Source: Eledone cirrhosa (taxonomy: Eukaryota). From it: a stretch of DNA of 64,000 nucleotides. Below are positions 25,601 through 40,600 of the stretch, piece by piece (position 1 is the stretch's first letter; the number at the start of each line of letters is the position of its first letter). The notes below the pieces were generated by a model. The model had not been told where the DNA came from and did no database searches. It saw only the letters and a program-made list of their open reading frames with translations. The stretch is taken from positions 15,695-79,694 of the forward strand of contig CAXHJY010001098.1 of NCBI GenBank assembly GCA_964016885.1, in the 5' to 3' direction. A program made the position numbers and the translations under genes.

Positions 25601-28600
25601 CAGCCACAACTATTGAATTCACGGAGATATCTTGCTGAAATTCACGCCACACATAGCCAATGAGTGTCTGCACATGTACCAGCAATTACAGATCGATCCG
25701 ACCACGGGCGGCCGGCCCGCGATTGAAAAGGTAACTCCGCCGGCAAATCGTCATTTTTGGATTCGTTTTCTTCGAAGCACACCATTCGCCGGCGGACTTT
25801 GTTGACGTTTAACACGGTTTGGTTCCACAGCCACAACTATTGATTTTACGGAGATATCTTGCTGAAATTCACGCCGCACATAGCCAATGAGTGTCTGCAC
25901 ATGTACCAGTAATTACAGATCGATCCGACCACGGGCGGCCGGCCCGCGATTGAAAAGGTAACTCCGCCGGCAAATCGTCATTTTTGGATTCGTTTTCTTC
26001 GAAGCACACCATTCGCCGGCGGACTTTGTTGACGTTTAACACGGTTTGGTTCCACAGCCACAACTATTGATTTTACGGAGATATCTTGCTGAAATTCACG
26101 CCGCACATAGCCAATGAGTGTCTGCACATGTACCAGTAATTACAGATCGATCCGACCACGGGCGGCCGGCCCGCGATTGAAAAGGTAACTCCGCCGGCAA
26201 ATCGTCATTTTTGGATTCGTTTTCTTCGAAGCACACCATTCGCCGGCGGACTTTGTTGACGTTTAACACGGTTTGGTTCCACAGCCACAACTATTGATTT
26301 TACGGAGATATCTTGCTGAAATTCACGCCGCACATAGCCAATGGGTGTCTGCACATGTACCAGTAATTACAGATCGATCCGACCACGGGCGGCCGGCCCG
26401 CGATTGAAAAGGTAACTCCGCCGGCAAATCGTCATTTTTGGATTCGTTTTCTTCGAAGCACACCATTCGCCGGCGGACTTTGTTGACGTTTAACACGGTT
26501 TGGTTCCACAGCCACAACTATTGAATTCACGGAGATATCTTGCTGAAATTCACGCCACACATAGCCAATGAGTGTCTGCACATGTACCAGTAATTACAGA
26601 TCGATCCGACCACGGGCGGCCGGCCCGCGATTGAAAAGGTAACTCCGCCGGCAAATCGTCATTTTTGGATTCGTTTTCTTCGAAGCACACCATTCGCCGG
26701 CGGACTTTGTTGACGTTTAACACGGTTTGGTTCCACAGCCACAACTATTGATTTTACGGAGATATCTTGCTGAAATTCACGCCGCACATAGCCAATGAGT
26801 GTCTGCACATGTACCAGTAATTACAGATCGATCCGACCACGGGCGGCCGGCCCGCGATTGAAAAGGTAACTCCGCCGGCAAATCGTCATTTTTGGATTCG
26901 TTTTCTTCGAAGCACACCATTTGCCGGCGGACTTTGTTGACGTTTAACACGGTTTGGTTCCACAGCCACAACTATTGATTTTATGGAGATATCTTGCTGA
27001 AATTCACGCCGCACATAGCCAATGAGTGTCTGCACATGTACCAGTAATTACAGATCGATCCGACCACGGGCGGCCGGTCCGCGATTGAAAAGGTAACTCC
27101 GCCGGCAAATCGTCATTTTTGGATTCGTTTTCTTCGAAGCACACCATTCGCCGGCGGACTTTGTTGACGTTTAACACGGTTTGGTTCCACAGCCACAACT
27201 ATTGAATTCACGGAGATATCTTGCTGAAATTCACGCCACACATAGCCAATGAGTGTCTGCACATGTACCAGTAATTACAGATCGATCCGACCACGGGCGG
27301 CCGGCCCGCGATTGAAAAGGTAACTCCGCCGGCAAATCGTCATTTTTGGATTCGTTTTCTTCGAAGCACACCATTCGCCGGCGGACTTTGTTGACGTTTA
27401 ACACGGTTTGGTTCCACAGCCACAACTATTGATTTTACGGAGATATCTTGCTGAAATTCACGCCGCACATAGCCAATGAGTGTCTGCACATGTACCAGTA
27501 ATTACAGATCGATCTGACCACGGGCGGCCGGCCCGCGATTGAAAAGGTAACTCCGCCGGCAAATCGTCATTTTTGGATTCGTTTTCTTCGAAGCACACCA
27601 TTTGCCGGCGGACTTTGTTGACGTTTAACACGGTTTGGTTCCACAGCCACAACTATTGATTTTATGGAGATATCTTGCTGAAATTCACGCCGCACATAGC
27701 CAATGAGTGTCTGCACATGTACCAGTAATTACAGATCGATCCGACCACGGGCGGCCGGTCCGCGATTGAAAAGGTAACTCCGCCGGCAAATCGTCATTTT
27801 TGGATTCGTTTTCTTCGAAGCACACCATTCGCCGGCGGACTTTGTTGACGTTTAACACGGTTTGGTTCCACAGCCACAACTATTGAATTCACGGAGATAT
27901 CTTGCTGAAATTCACGCCACACATAGCCAATGAGTGTCTGCACATGTACCAGTAATTACAGATCGATCCGACCACGGGCGGCCGGCCCGCGATTGAAAAG
28001 GTAACTCCGCCGGCAAATCGTCATTTTTGGATTCGTTTTCTTCGAAGCACACCATTCGCCGGCGGACTTTGTTGACGTTTAACACGGTTTGGTTCCACAG
28101 CCACAACTATTGATTTTACGGAGATATCTTGCTGAAATTCACGCCGCACATAGCCAATGAGTGTCTGCACAGGTACCAGTAATTACAGATCGATCTGACC
28201 ACGGGCGGCCGGCCCGCGATTGAAAAGGTAACTCCGCCGGCAAATCGTCATTTTTGGATTCGTTTTCTTCGAAGCACACCATTCGCCGGCGGACTTTGTT
28301 GACGTTTAACACGGTTTGGTTCCACAGCCACAACTATTGATTTTACGGAGATATCTTGCTGAAATTCACGCCGCACATAGCCAATGAGTGTCTGCACATG
28401 TACCAGTAATTACAGATCTATCCGACCACGGGCGGCCGGCCCGCGATTGAAAAGGTAACTCCGCCGGCAAATCGTCATTTTTGGATTCGTTTTCTTCGAA
28501 GCACACCATTCGCCGGCGGACTTTGTTGACGTTTAACACGGTTTGGTTCCACAGCCACAACTATTGAATTCACGGAGATATCTTGCTGAAATTCACGCCA

Positions 28601-31600
28601 CACATAGCCAATGAGTGTCTGCACATGTACCAGTAATTACAGATCGATCCGACCACGGGCGGCCGGCCCGCGATTGAAAAGGTAACTCCGCCGGCAAATC
28701 GTCATTTTTGGATTCGTTTTCTTCGAAGCACACCATTCGCCGGCGGACTTTGTTGACGTTTAACACGGTTTGGTTCCACAGCCACAACTATTGATTTTAC
28801 GGAGATATCTTGCTGAAATTCACGCCGCACATAGCCAATGAGTGTCTGCACATGTACCAGTAATTACAGATCGATCCGACCACGGGCGGCCGGCCCGCGA
28901 TTGAAAAGGTAACTCCGCCGGCAAATCGTCATTTTTGGATTCGTTTTCTTCGAAGCACACCATTCGCCGGCGGACTTTGTTGACGTTTAACACGGTTTGG
29001 TTCCACAGCCACAACTATTGATTTTACGGAGATATCTTGCTGAAATTCACGCCGCACATAGCCAATGGGTGTCTGCACATGTACCAGTAATTACAGATCG
29101 ATCCGACCACGGGCGGCCGGCCCGCGATTGAAAAGGTAACTCCGCCGGCAAATCGTCATTTTTGGATTCGTTTTCTTCGAAGCACACCATTCGCCGGCGG
29201 ACATTGTTGACGTTTAACACGGTTTGGTTCCACAGCCACAACTATTGATTTTACGGAGATATCTTGCTGAAATTCACGCCACACATAGCCAATGAGTGTC
29301 TGCACATGTACCAGTAATTACAGATCGATCCGACCACGGGCGGCCGGCCCGCGATTGAAAAGGTAACTCCGCCGGCAAATCGTCATTTTTGGATTCGTTT
29401 TCTTCGAAGCACACCATTCGCCGGCGGACTTTGTTGACGTTTAACACGGTTTGGTTCCACAGCCACAACTATTGATTTTACGGAGATATCTTGCTGAAAT
29501 TCACGCCGCACATAGCCAATGAGTGTCTGCACATGTACCAGTAATTACAGATCGATCCGACCACGGGCGGCCGGCCCGCGATTGAAAAGGTAACTCCGCC
29601 GGCAAATCGTCATTTTTGGATTCGTTTTCTTCGAAGCACACCATTCGCCGGCGGACTTTGTTGACGTTTAACACGGTTTGGTTCCACAGCCACAACTATT
29701 GATTTTACGGAGATATCTTGCTGAAATTCACGCCGCACATAGCCAATGAGTGTCTGCACATGTACCAGTAATTACAGATCTATCCGACCACGGGCGGCCG
29801 GCCCGCGATTGAAAAGGTAACTCCGCCGGCAAATCGTCATTTTTGGATTCGTTTTCTTCGAAGCACACCATTCGCCGGCGGACTTTGTTGACGTTTAACA
29901 CGGTTTGGTTCCACAGCCACAACTATTGATTTTACGGAGATATCTTGCTGAAATTCACGCCGCACATAGCCAATGAGTGTCTGCACATGTACCAGTAATT
30001 ACAGATCGATCCGACCACGGGCGGCCGGTCCGCGATTGAAAAGGTAACTCCGCCGGCAAATCGTCATTTTTGGATTCGTTTTCTTCGAAGCACACCATTC
30101 GCCGGCGGACTTTGTTGACGTTTAACACGGTTTGGTTCCACAGCCACAACTATTGAATTCACGGAGATATCTTGCTGAAATTCACGCCACACATAGCCAA
30201 TGAGTGTCTGCACATGTACCAGTAATTACAGATCGATCCGACCACGGGCGGCCGGCCCGCGATTGAAAAGGTAACTCCGCCGGCAAATCGTCATTTTTGG
30301 ATTCGTTTTCTTCGAAGCACACCATTCGCCGGCGGACTTTGTTGACGTTTAACACGGTTTGGTTCCACAGCCACAACTATTGAATTTACGGAGATATCTT
30401 GCTGAAATTCACGCCACACATAGCCAATGAGTGTCTGCACATGTACCAGTAATTACAGATCGATCCGACCACGGGCGGCCGGCCCGCGATTGAAAAGGTA
30501 ACTCCGCCGGCAAATCGTCATTTTTGGATTCGTTTTCTTCGAAGCACACCATTCGCCGGCGGACTTTGTTGACGTTTAACACGGTTTGGTTCCACAGCCA
30601 CAACTATTGATTTTATGGAGATATCTTGCTGAAATTCACGCCGCACATAGCCAATGAGTGTCTGCACATGTACCAGTAATTACAGATCGATCCGACCACG
30701 GGCGGCCGGTCCGCGATTGAAAAGGTAACTCCGCCGGCAAATCGTCATTTTTGGATTCGTTTTCTTCGAAGCACACCATTCGCCGGCGGACTTTGTTGAC
30801 GTTTAACACGGTTTGGTTCCACAGCCACAACTATTGAATTCACGGAGATATCTTGCTGAAATTCACGCCACACATAGCCAATGAGTGTCTGCACATGTAC
30901 CAGTAATTACAGATCGATCCGACCACGGGCGGCCGGCCCGCGATTAAAAAGGTAACTCCGCCGGCAAATCGTCATTTTTGGATTCGTTTTCTTCGAAGCA
31001 CACCATTCGCCGGCGGACTTTGTTGACGTTTAACACGGTTTGGTTCCACAGCCACAACTATTGAATTTACGGAGATATCTTGCTGAAATTCACGCCACAC
31101 ATAGCCAATGAGTGTCTGCACATGTACCAGTAATTACAGATCGATCTGACCACGGGCGGCCGGCCCGCGATTGAAAAGGTAACTCCGCCGGCAAATCGTC
31201 ATTTTTGGATTCGTTTTCTTCGAAGCACACCATTCGCCGGCGGACTTTGTTGACGTTTAACACGGTTTGGTTCCACAGCCACAACTATTGATTTTACGGA
31301 GATATCTTGCTGAAATTCACGCCGCACATAGCCAATGAGTGTCTGCACATGTACCAGTAATTACAGATCGATCCGACCACGGGCGGCCGGCCCGCGATTG
31401 AAAAGGTAACTCCGCCGGCAAATCGTCATTTTTGGATTCGTTTTCTTCGAAGCACACCATTCGCCGGCGGACTTTGTTGACGTTTAACACGGTTTGGTTC
31501 CACAGCCACAACTATTGATTTTACGGAGATATCTTGCTGAAATTCACGCCGCACATAGCCAATGAGTGTCTGCACATGTACCAGTAATTACAGATCGATC

Positions 31601-34600
31601 CGACCACGGGCGGCCGGCCCGCGATTGAAAAGGTAACTCCGCCGGCAAATCGTCATTTTTGGATTCGTTTTCTTCGAAGCACACCATTCGCCGGCGGACA
31701 TTGTTGACGTTTAACACGGTTTGGTTCCACAGCCACAACTATTGATTTTACGGAGATATCTTGCTGAAATTCACGCCACACATAGCCAATGAGTGTCTGC
31801 ACATGTACCAGTAATTACAGATCGATCCGAGCACGGGCGGCCGGCCCGCGATTGAAAAGGTAACTCCGCCGGCAAATCGTCATTTTTGGATTCGTTTTCT
31901 TCGAAGCACACCATTCGCCGGCGGACATTGTTGACGTTTAACACGGTTTGGTTCCACAGCCACAACTATTGATTTTACGGAGATATCTTGCTGAAATTCA
32001 CGCCACACATAGCCAATGAGTGTCTGCACATGTACCAGTAATTACAGATCGATCCGACCACGGGCGGCCGGCCCGCGATTGAAAAGGTAACTCCGCCGGC
32101 AAATCGTCATTTTTGGATTCGTTTTCTTCGAAGCACACCATTCGCCGGCGGACTTTGTTGACGTTTAACACGGTTTGGTTCCACAGCCACAACTATTGAA
32201 TTTACGGAGATATCTTGCTGAAATTCACGCCACACATAGCCAATGAGTGTCTGCACATGTACCAGTAATTACAGATCGATCCGACCACGGGCGGCCGGCC
32301 CGCGATTGAAAAGGTAACTCCGCCGGCAAATCGTCATTTTTGGATTCGTTTTCTTCGAAGCACACCATTCGCCGGCGGACTTTGTTGACGTTTAACACGG
32401 TTTGGTTCCACAGCCACAACTATTGATTTTATGGAGATATCTTGCTGAAATTCACGCCGCACATAGCCAATGAGTGTCTGCACATGTACCAGTAATTACA
32501 GATCGATCCGACCACGGGCGGCCGGTCCGCGATTGAAAAGGTAACTCCGCCGGCAAATCGTCATTTTTGGATTCGTTTTCTTCGAAGCACACCATTCGCC
32601 GGCGGACTTTGTTGACGTTTAACACGGTTTGGTTCCACAGCCACAACTATTGAATTCACGGAGATATCTTGCTGAAATTCACGCCACACATAGCCAATGA
32701 GTGTCTGCACATGTACCAGTAATTACAGATCGATCCGACCACGGGCGGCCGGCCCGCGATTGAAAAGGTAACTCCGCCGGCAAATCGTCATTTTTGGATT
32801 CGTTTTCTTCGAAGCACACCATTCGCCGGCGGACTTTGTTGACGTTTAACACGGTTTGGTTCCACAGCCACAACTATTGATTTTACGGAGATATCTTGCT
32901 GAAATTCACGCCGCACATAGCCAATGAGTGTCTGCACATGTACCAGTAATTACAGATCGATCTGACCACGGGCGGCCGGCCCGCGATTGAAAAGGTAACT
33001 CCGCCGGCAAATCGTCATTTTTGGATTCGTTTTCTTCGAAGCACACCATTCGCCGGCGGACTTTGTTGACGTTTAACACGGTTTGGTTCCACAGCCACAA
33101 CTATTGATTTTACGGAGATATCTTGCTGAAATTCACGCCGCACATAGCCAATGAGTGTCTGCACATGTACCAGTAATTACAGATCTATCCGACCACGGGC
33201 GGCCGGCCCGCGATTGAAAAGGTAACTCCGCCGGCAAATCGTCATTTTTGGATTCGTTTTCTTCGAAGCACACCATTCGCCGGCGGACTTTGTTGACGTT
33301 TAACACGGTTTGGTTCCACAGCCACAACTATTGATTTTACGGAGATATCTTGCTGAAATTCACGCCGCACATAGCCAATGAGTGTCTGCACATGTACCAG
33401 TAATTACAGATCGATCCGACCACGGGCGGCCGGTCCGCGATTGAAAAGGTAACTCCGCCGGCAAATCGTCATTTTTGGATTCGTTTTCTTCGAAGCACAC
33501 CATTCGCCGGCGGACTTTGTTGACGTTTAACACGGTTTGGTTCCACAGCCACAACTATTGAATTCACGGAGATATCTTGCTGAAATTCACGCCACACATA
33601 GCCAATGAGTGTCTGCACATGTACCAGTAATTACAGATCGATCCGACCACGGGCGGCCGGCCCGCGATTGAAAAGGTAACTCCGCCGGCAAATCGTCATT
33701 TTTGGATTCGTTTTCTTCGAAGCACACCATTCGCCGGCGGACTTTGTTGACGTTTAACACGGTTTGGTTCCACAGCCACAACTATTGATTTTACGGAGAT
33801 ATCTTGCTGAAATTCACGCCACACATAGCCAATGAGTGTCTGCACATGTACCAGTAATTACAGATCGATCCGACCACGGGCGGCCGGCCCGCGATTGAAA
33901 AGGTAACTCCGCCGGCAAATCGTCATTTTTGGATTCGTTTTCTTCGAAGCACACCATTCGCCGGCGGACTTTGTTGACGTTTAACACGGTTTGGTTCCAC
34001 AGCCACAACTATTGATTTTACGGAGATATCTTGCTGAAATTCACGCCGCACATAGCCAATGAGTGTCTGCACATGTACCAGTAATTACAGATCGATCTGA
34101 CCACGAGCGGCCGGCCCGCGATTGAAAAGGTAACTCCGCCGGCAAATCGTCATTTTTGGATTCGTTTTCTTCGAAGCACACCATTCGCCGGCGGACTTTG
34201 TTGACGTTTAACACGGTTTGGTTCCACAGCCACAACTATTGATTTTACGGAGATATCTTGCTGAAATTCACGCCGCACATAGCCAATGAGTGTCTGCACA
34301 TGTACCAGTAATTACAGATCTATCCGACCACGGGCGGCCGGCCCGCGATTGAAAAGGTAACTCCGCCGGCAAATCGTCATTTTTGGATTCGTTTTCTTCG
34401 AAGCACACCATTCGCCGGCGGACTTTGTTGACGTTTAACACGGTTTGGTTCCACAGCCACAACTATTGATTTTACGGAGATATCTTGCTGAAATTCACGC
34501 CGCACATAGCCAATGAGTGTCTGCACATGTACCAGTAATTACAGATCGATCCGACCACGGGCGGCCGGTCCGCGATTGAAAAGGTAACTCCGCCGGCAAA

Positions 34601-37600
34601 TCGTCATTTTTGGATTCGTTTTCTTCGAAGCACACCATTCGCCGGCGGACTTTGTTGACGTTTAACACGGTTTGGTTCCACAGCCACAACTATTGAATTC
34701 ACGGAGATATCTTGCTGAAATTCACGCCACACATAGCCAATGAGTGTCTGCACATGTACCAGCAATTACAGATCGATCCGACCACGGGCGGCCGGCCCGC
34801 GATTGAAAAGGTAACTCCGCCGGCAAATCGTCATTTTTGGATTCGTTTTCTTCGAAGCACACCATTCGCCGGCGGACTTTGTTGACGTTTAACACGGTTT
34901 GGTTCCACAGCCACAACTATTGATTTTACGGAGATATCTTGCTGAAATTCACGCCGCACATAGCCAATGAGTGTCTGCACATGTACCAGTAATTACAGAT
35001 CGATCCGACCACGGGCGGCCGGCCCGCGATTGAAAAGGTAACTCCGCCGGCAAATCGTCATTTTTGGATTCGTTTTCTTCGAAGCACACCATTCGCCGGC
35101 GGACTTTGTTGACGTTTAACACGGTTTGGTTCCACAGCCACAACTATTGATTTTACGGAGATATCTTGCTGAAATTCACGCCGCACATAGCCAATGGGTG
35201 TCTGCACATGTACCAGTAATTACAGATCGATCCGACCACGGGCGGCCGGCCCGCGATTGAAAAGGTAACTCCGCCGGCAAATCGTCATTTTTGGATTCGT
35301 TTTCTTCGAAGCACACCATTCGCCGGCGGACTTTGTTGACGTTTAACACGGTTTGGTTCCACAGCCACAACTATTGAATTCACGGAGATATCTTGCTGAA
35401 ATTCACGCCACACATAGCCAATGAGTGTCTGCACATGTACCAGTAATTACAGATCGATCCGACCACGGGCGGCCGGCCCGCGATTGAAAAGGTAACTCCG
35501 CCGGCAAATCGTCATTTTTGGATTCGTTTTCTTCGAAGCACACCATTCGCCGGCGGACTTTGTTGACGTTTAACACGGTTTGGTTCCACAGCCACAACTA
35601 TTGATTTTACGGAGATATCTTGCTGAAATTCACGCCGCACATAGCCAATGAGTGTCTGCACATGTACCAGTAATTACAGATCGATCCGACCACGGGCGGC
35701 CGGCCCGCGATTGAAAAGGTAACTCCGCCGGCAAATCGTCATTTTTGGATTCGTTTTCTTCGAAGCACACCATTTGCCGGCGGACTTTGTTGACGTTTAA
35801 CACGGTTTGGTTCCACAGCCACAACTATTGATTTTATGGAGATATCTTGCTGAAATTCACGCCGCACATAGCCAATGAGTGTCTGCACATGTACCAGTAA
35901 TTACAGATCGATCCGACCACGGGCGGCCGGTCCGCGATTGAAAAGGTAACTCCGCCGGCAAATCGTCATTTTTGGATTCGTTTTCTTCGAAGCACACCAT
36001 TCGCCGGCGGACTTTGTTGACGTTTAACACGGTTTGGTTCCACAGCCACAACTATTGAATTCACGGAGATATCTTGCTGAAATTCACGCCACACATAGCC
36101 AATGAGTGTCTGCACATGTACCAGTAATTACAGATCGATCCGACCACGGGCGGCCGGCCCGCGATTGAAAAGGTAACTCCGCCGGCAAATCGTCATTTTT
36201 GGATTCGTTTTCTTCGAAGCACACCATTCGCCGGCGGACTTTGTTGACGTTTAACACGGTTTGGTTCCACAGCCACAACTATTGATTTTACGGAGATATC
36301 TTGCTGAAATTCACGCCGCACATAGCCAATGAGTGTCTGCACATGTACCAGTAATTACAGATCTATCCGACCACGGGCGGCCGGCCCGCGATTGAAAAGG
36401 TAACTCCGCCGGCAAATCGTCATTTTTGGATTCGTTTTCTTCGAAGCACACCATTCGCCGGCGGACTTTGTTGACGTTTAACACGGTTTGGTTCCACAGC
36501 CACAACTATTGAATTCACGGAGATATCTTGCTGAAATTCACGCCACACATAGCCAATGAGTGTCTGCACATGTACCAGTAATTACAGATCGATCCGACCA
36601 CGGGCGGCCGGCCCGCGATTGAAAAGGTAACTCCGCCGGCAAATCGTCATTTTTGGATTCGTTTTCTTCGAAGCACACCATTCGCCGGCGGACTTTGTTG
36701 ACGTTTAACACGGTTTGGTTCCACAGCCACAACTATTGATTTTACGGAGATATCTTGCTGAAATTCACGCCGCACATAGCCAATGAGTGTCTGCACATGT
36801 ACCAGTAATTACAGATCGATCCGACCACGGGCGGCCGGCCCGCGATTGAAAAGGTAACTCCGCCGGCAAATCGTCATTTTTGGATTCGTTTTCTTCGAAG
36901 CACACCATTCGCCGGCGGACTTTGTTGACGTTTAACACGGTTTGGTTCCACAGCCACAACTATTGATTTTACGGAGATATCTTGCTGAAATTCACGCCGC
37001 ACATAGCCAATGAGTGTCTGCACATGTACCAGTAATTACAGATCGATCCGACCACGGGCGGCCGGCCCGCGATTGAAAAGGTAACTCCGCCGGCAAATCG
37101 TCATTTTTGGATTCGTTTTCTTCGAAGCACACCATTCGCCGGCGGACTTTGTTGACGTTTAACACGGTTTGGTTCCACAGCCACAACTATTGATTTTACG
37201 GAGATATCTTGCTGAAATTCACGCCGCACATAGCCAATGAGTGTCTGCACATGTACCAGTAATTACAGATCTATCCGACCACGGGCGGCCGGCCCGCGAT
37301 TGAAAAGGTAACTCCGCCGGCAAATCGTCATTTTTGGATTCGTTTTCTTCGAAGCACACCATTCGCCGGCGGACTTTGTTGACGTTTAACACGGTTTGGT
37401 TCCACAGCCACAACTATTGATTTTACGGAGATATCTTGCTGAAATTCACGCCGCACATAGCCAATGAGTGTCTGCACATGTACCAGTAATTACAGATCGA
37501 TCCGACCACGGGCGGCCGGTCCGCGATTGAAAAGGTAACTCCGCCGGCAAATCGTCATTTTTGGATTCGTTTTCTTCGAAGCACACCATTCGCCGGCGGA

Positions 37601-40600
37601 CTTTGTTGACGTTTAACACGGTTTGGTTCCACAGCCACAACTATTGAATTCACGGAGATATCTTGCTGAAATTCACGCCACACATAGCCAATGAGTGTCT
37701 GCACATGTACCAGTAATTACAGATCGATCCGACCACGGGCGGCCGGCCCGCGATTGAAAAGGTAACTCCGCCGGCAAATCGTCATTTTTGGATTCGTTTT
37801 CTTCGAAGCACACCATTCGCCGGCGGACTTTGTTGACGTTTAACACGGTTTGGTTCCACAGCCACAACTATTGAATTTACGGAGATATCTTGCTGAAATT
37901 CACGCCACACATAGCCAATGAGTGTCTGCATATGTACCAGTAATTACAGATCGATCCGACCACGGGCGGCCGGCCCGCGATTGAAAAGGTAACTCCGCCG
38001 GCAAATCGTCATTTTTGGATTCGTTTTCTTCGAAGCACACCATTCGCCGGCGGACTTTGTTGACGTTTAACACGGTTTGGTTCCACAGCCACAACTATTG
38101 ATTTTATGGAGATATCTTGCTGAAATTCACGCCGCACATAGCCAATGAGTGTCTGCACATGTACCAGTAATTACAGATCGATCCGACCACGGGCGGCCGG
38201 TCCGCGATTGAAAAGGTAACTCCGCCGGCAAATCGTCATTTTTGGATTCGTTTTCTTCGAAGCACACCATTCGCCGGCGGACTTTGTTGACGTTTAACAC
38301 GGTTTGGTTCCACAGCCACAACTATTGAATTCACGGAGATATCTTGCTGAAATTCACGCCACACATAGCCAATGAGTGTCTGCACATGTACCAGTAATTA
38401 CAGATCGATCCGACCACGGGCGGCCGGCCCGCGATTAAAAAGGTAACTCCGCCGGCAAATCGTCATTTTTGGATTCGTTTTCTTCGAAGCACACCATTCG
38501 CCGGCGGACTTTGTTGACGTTTAACACGGTTTGGTTCCACAGCCACAACTATTGAATTTACGGAGATATCTTGCTGAAATTCACGCCACACATAGCCAAT
38601 GAGTGTCTGCACATGTACCAGTAATTACAGATCGATCTGACCACGGGCGGCCGGCCCGCGATTGAAAAGGTAACTCCGCCGGCAAATCGTCATTTTTGGA
38701 TTCGTTTTCTTCGAAGCACACCATTCGCCGGCGGACTTTGTTGACGTTTAACACGGTTTGGTTCCACAGCCACAACTATTGATTTTACGGAGATATCTTG
38801 CTGAAATTCACGCCGCACATAGCCAATGAGTGTCTGCACATGTACCAGTAATTACAGATCGATCCGACCACGGGCGGCCGGCCCGCGATTGAAAAGGTAA
38901 CTCCGCCGGCAAATCGTCATTTTTGGATTCGTTTTCTTCGAAGCACACCATTCGCCGGCGGACTTTGTTGACGTTTAACACGGTTTGGTTCCACAGCCAC
39001 AACTATTGATTTTACGGAGATATCTTGCTGAAATTCACGCCGCACATAGCCAATGAGTGTCTGCACATGTACCAGTAATTACAGATCGATCCGACCACGG
39101 GCGGCCGGCCCGCGATTGAAAAGGTAACTCCGCCGGCAAATCGTCATTTTTGGATTCGTTTTCTTCGAAGCACACCATTCGCCGGCGGACATTGTTGACG
39201 TTTAACACGGTTTGGTTCCACAGCCACAACTATTGATTTTACGGAGATATCTTGCTGAAATTCACGCCACACATAGCCAATGAGTGTCTGCACATGTACC
39301 AGTAATTACAGATCGATCCGAGCACGGGCGGCCGGCCCGCGATTGAAAAGGTAACTCCGCCGGCAAATCGTCATTTTTGGATTCGTTTTCTTCGAAGCAC
39401 ACCATTCGCCGGCGGACATTGTTGACGTTTAACACGGTTTGGTTCCACAGCCACAACTATTGATTTTACGGAGATATCTTGCTGAAATTCACGCCACACA
39501 TAGCCAATGAGTGTCTGCACATGTACCAGTAATTACAGATCGATCCGACCACGGGCGGCCGGCCCGCGATTGAAAAGGTAACTCCGCCGGCAAATCGTCA
39601 TTTTTGGATTCGTTTTCTTCGAAGCACACCATTCGCCGGCGGACTTTGTTGACGTTTAACACGGTTTGGTTCCACAGCCACAACTATTGAATTTACGGAG
39701 ATATCTTGCTGAAATTCACGCCACACATAGCCAATGAGTGTCTGCACATGTACCAGTAATTACAGATCGATCCGACCACGGGCGGCCGGCCCGCGATTGA
39801 AAAGGTAACTCCGCCGGCAAATCGTCATTTTTGGATTCGTTTTCTTCGAAGCACACCATTCGCCGGCGGACTTTGTTGACGTTTAACACGGTTTGGTTCC
39901 ACAGCCACAACTATTGATTTTATGGAGATATCTTGCTGAAATTCACGCCGCACATAGCCAATGAGTGTCTGCACATGTACCAGTAATTACAGATCGATCC
40001 GACCACGGGCGGCCGGTCCGCGATTGAAAAGGTAACTCCGCCGGCAAATCGTCATTTTTGGATTCGTTTTCTTCGAAGCACACCATTCGCCGGCGGACTT
40101 TGTTGACGTTTAACACGGTTTGGTTCCACAGCCACAACTATTGAATTCACGGAGATATCTTGCTGAAATTCACGCCACACATAGCCAATGAGTGTCTGCA
40201 CATGTACCAGTAATTACAGATCGATCCGACCACGGGCGGCCGGCCCGCGATTGAAAAGGTAACTCCGCCGGCAAATCGTCATTTTTGGATTCGTTTTCTT
40301 CGAAGCACACCATTCGCCGGCGGACTTTGTTGACGTTTAACACGGTTTGGTTCCACAGCCACAACTATTGATTTTACGGAGATATCTTGCTGAAATTCAC
40401 GCCGCACATAGCCAATGAGTGTCTGCACATGTACCAGTAATTACAGATCGATCTGACCACGGGCGGCCGGCCCGCGATTGAAAAGGTAACTCCGCCGGCA
40501 AATCGTCATTTTTGGATTCGTTTTCTTCGAAGCACACCATTCGCCGGCGGACTTTGTTGACGTTTAACACGGTTTGGTTCCACAGCCACAACTATTGATT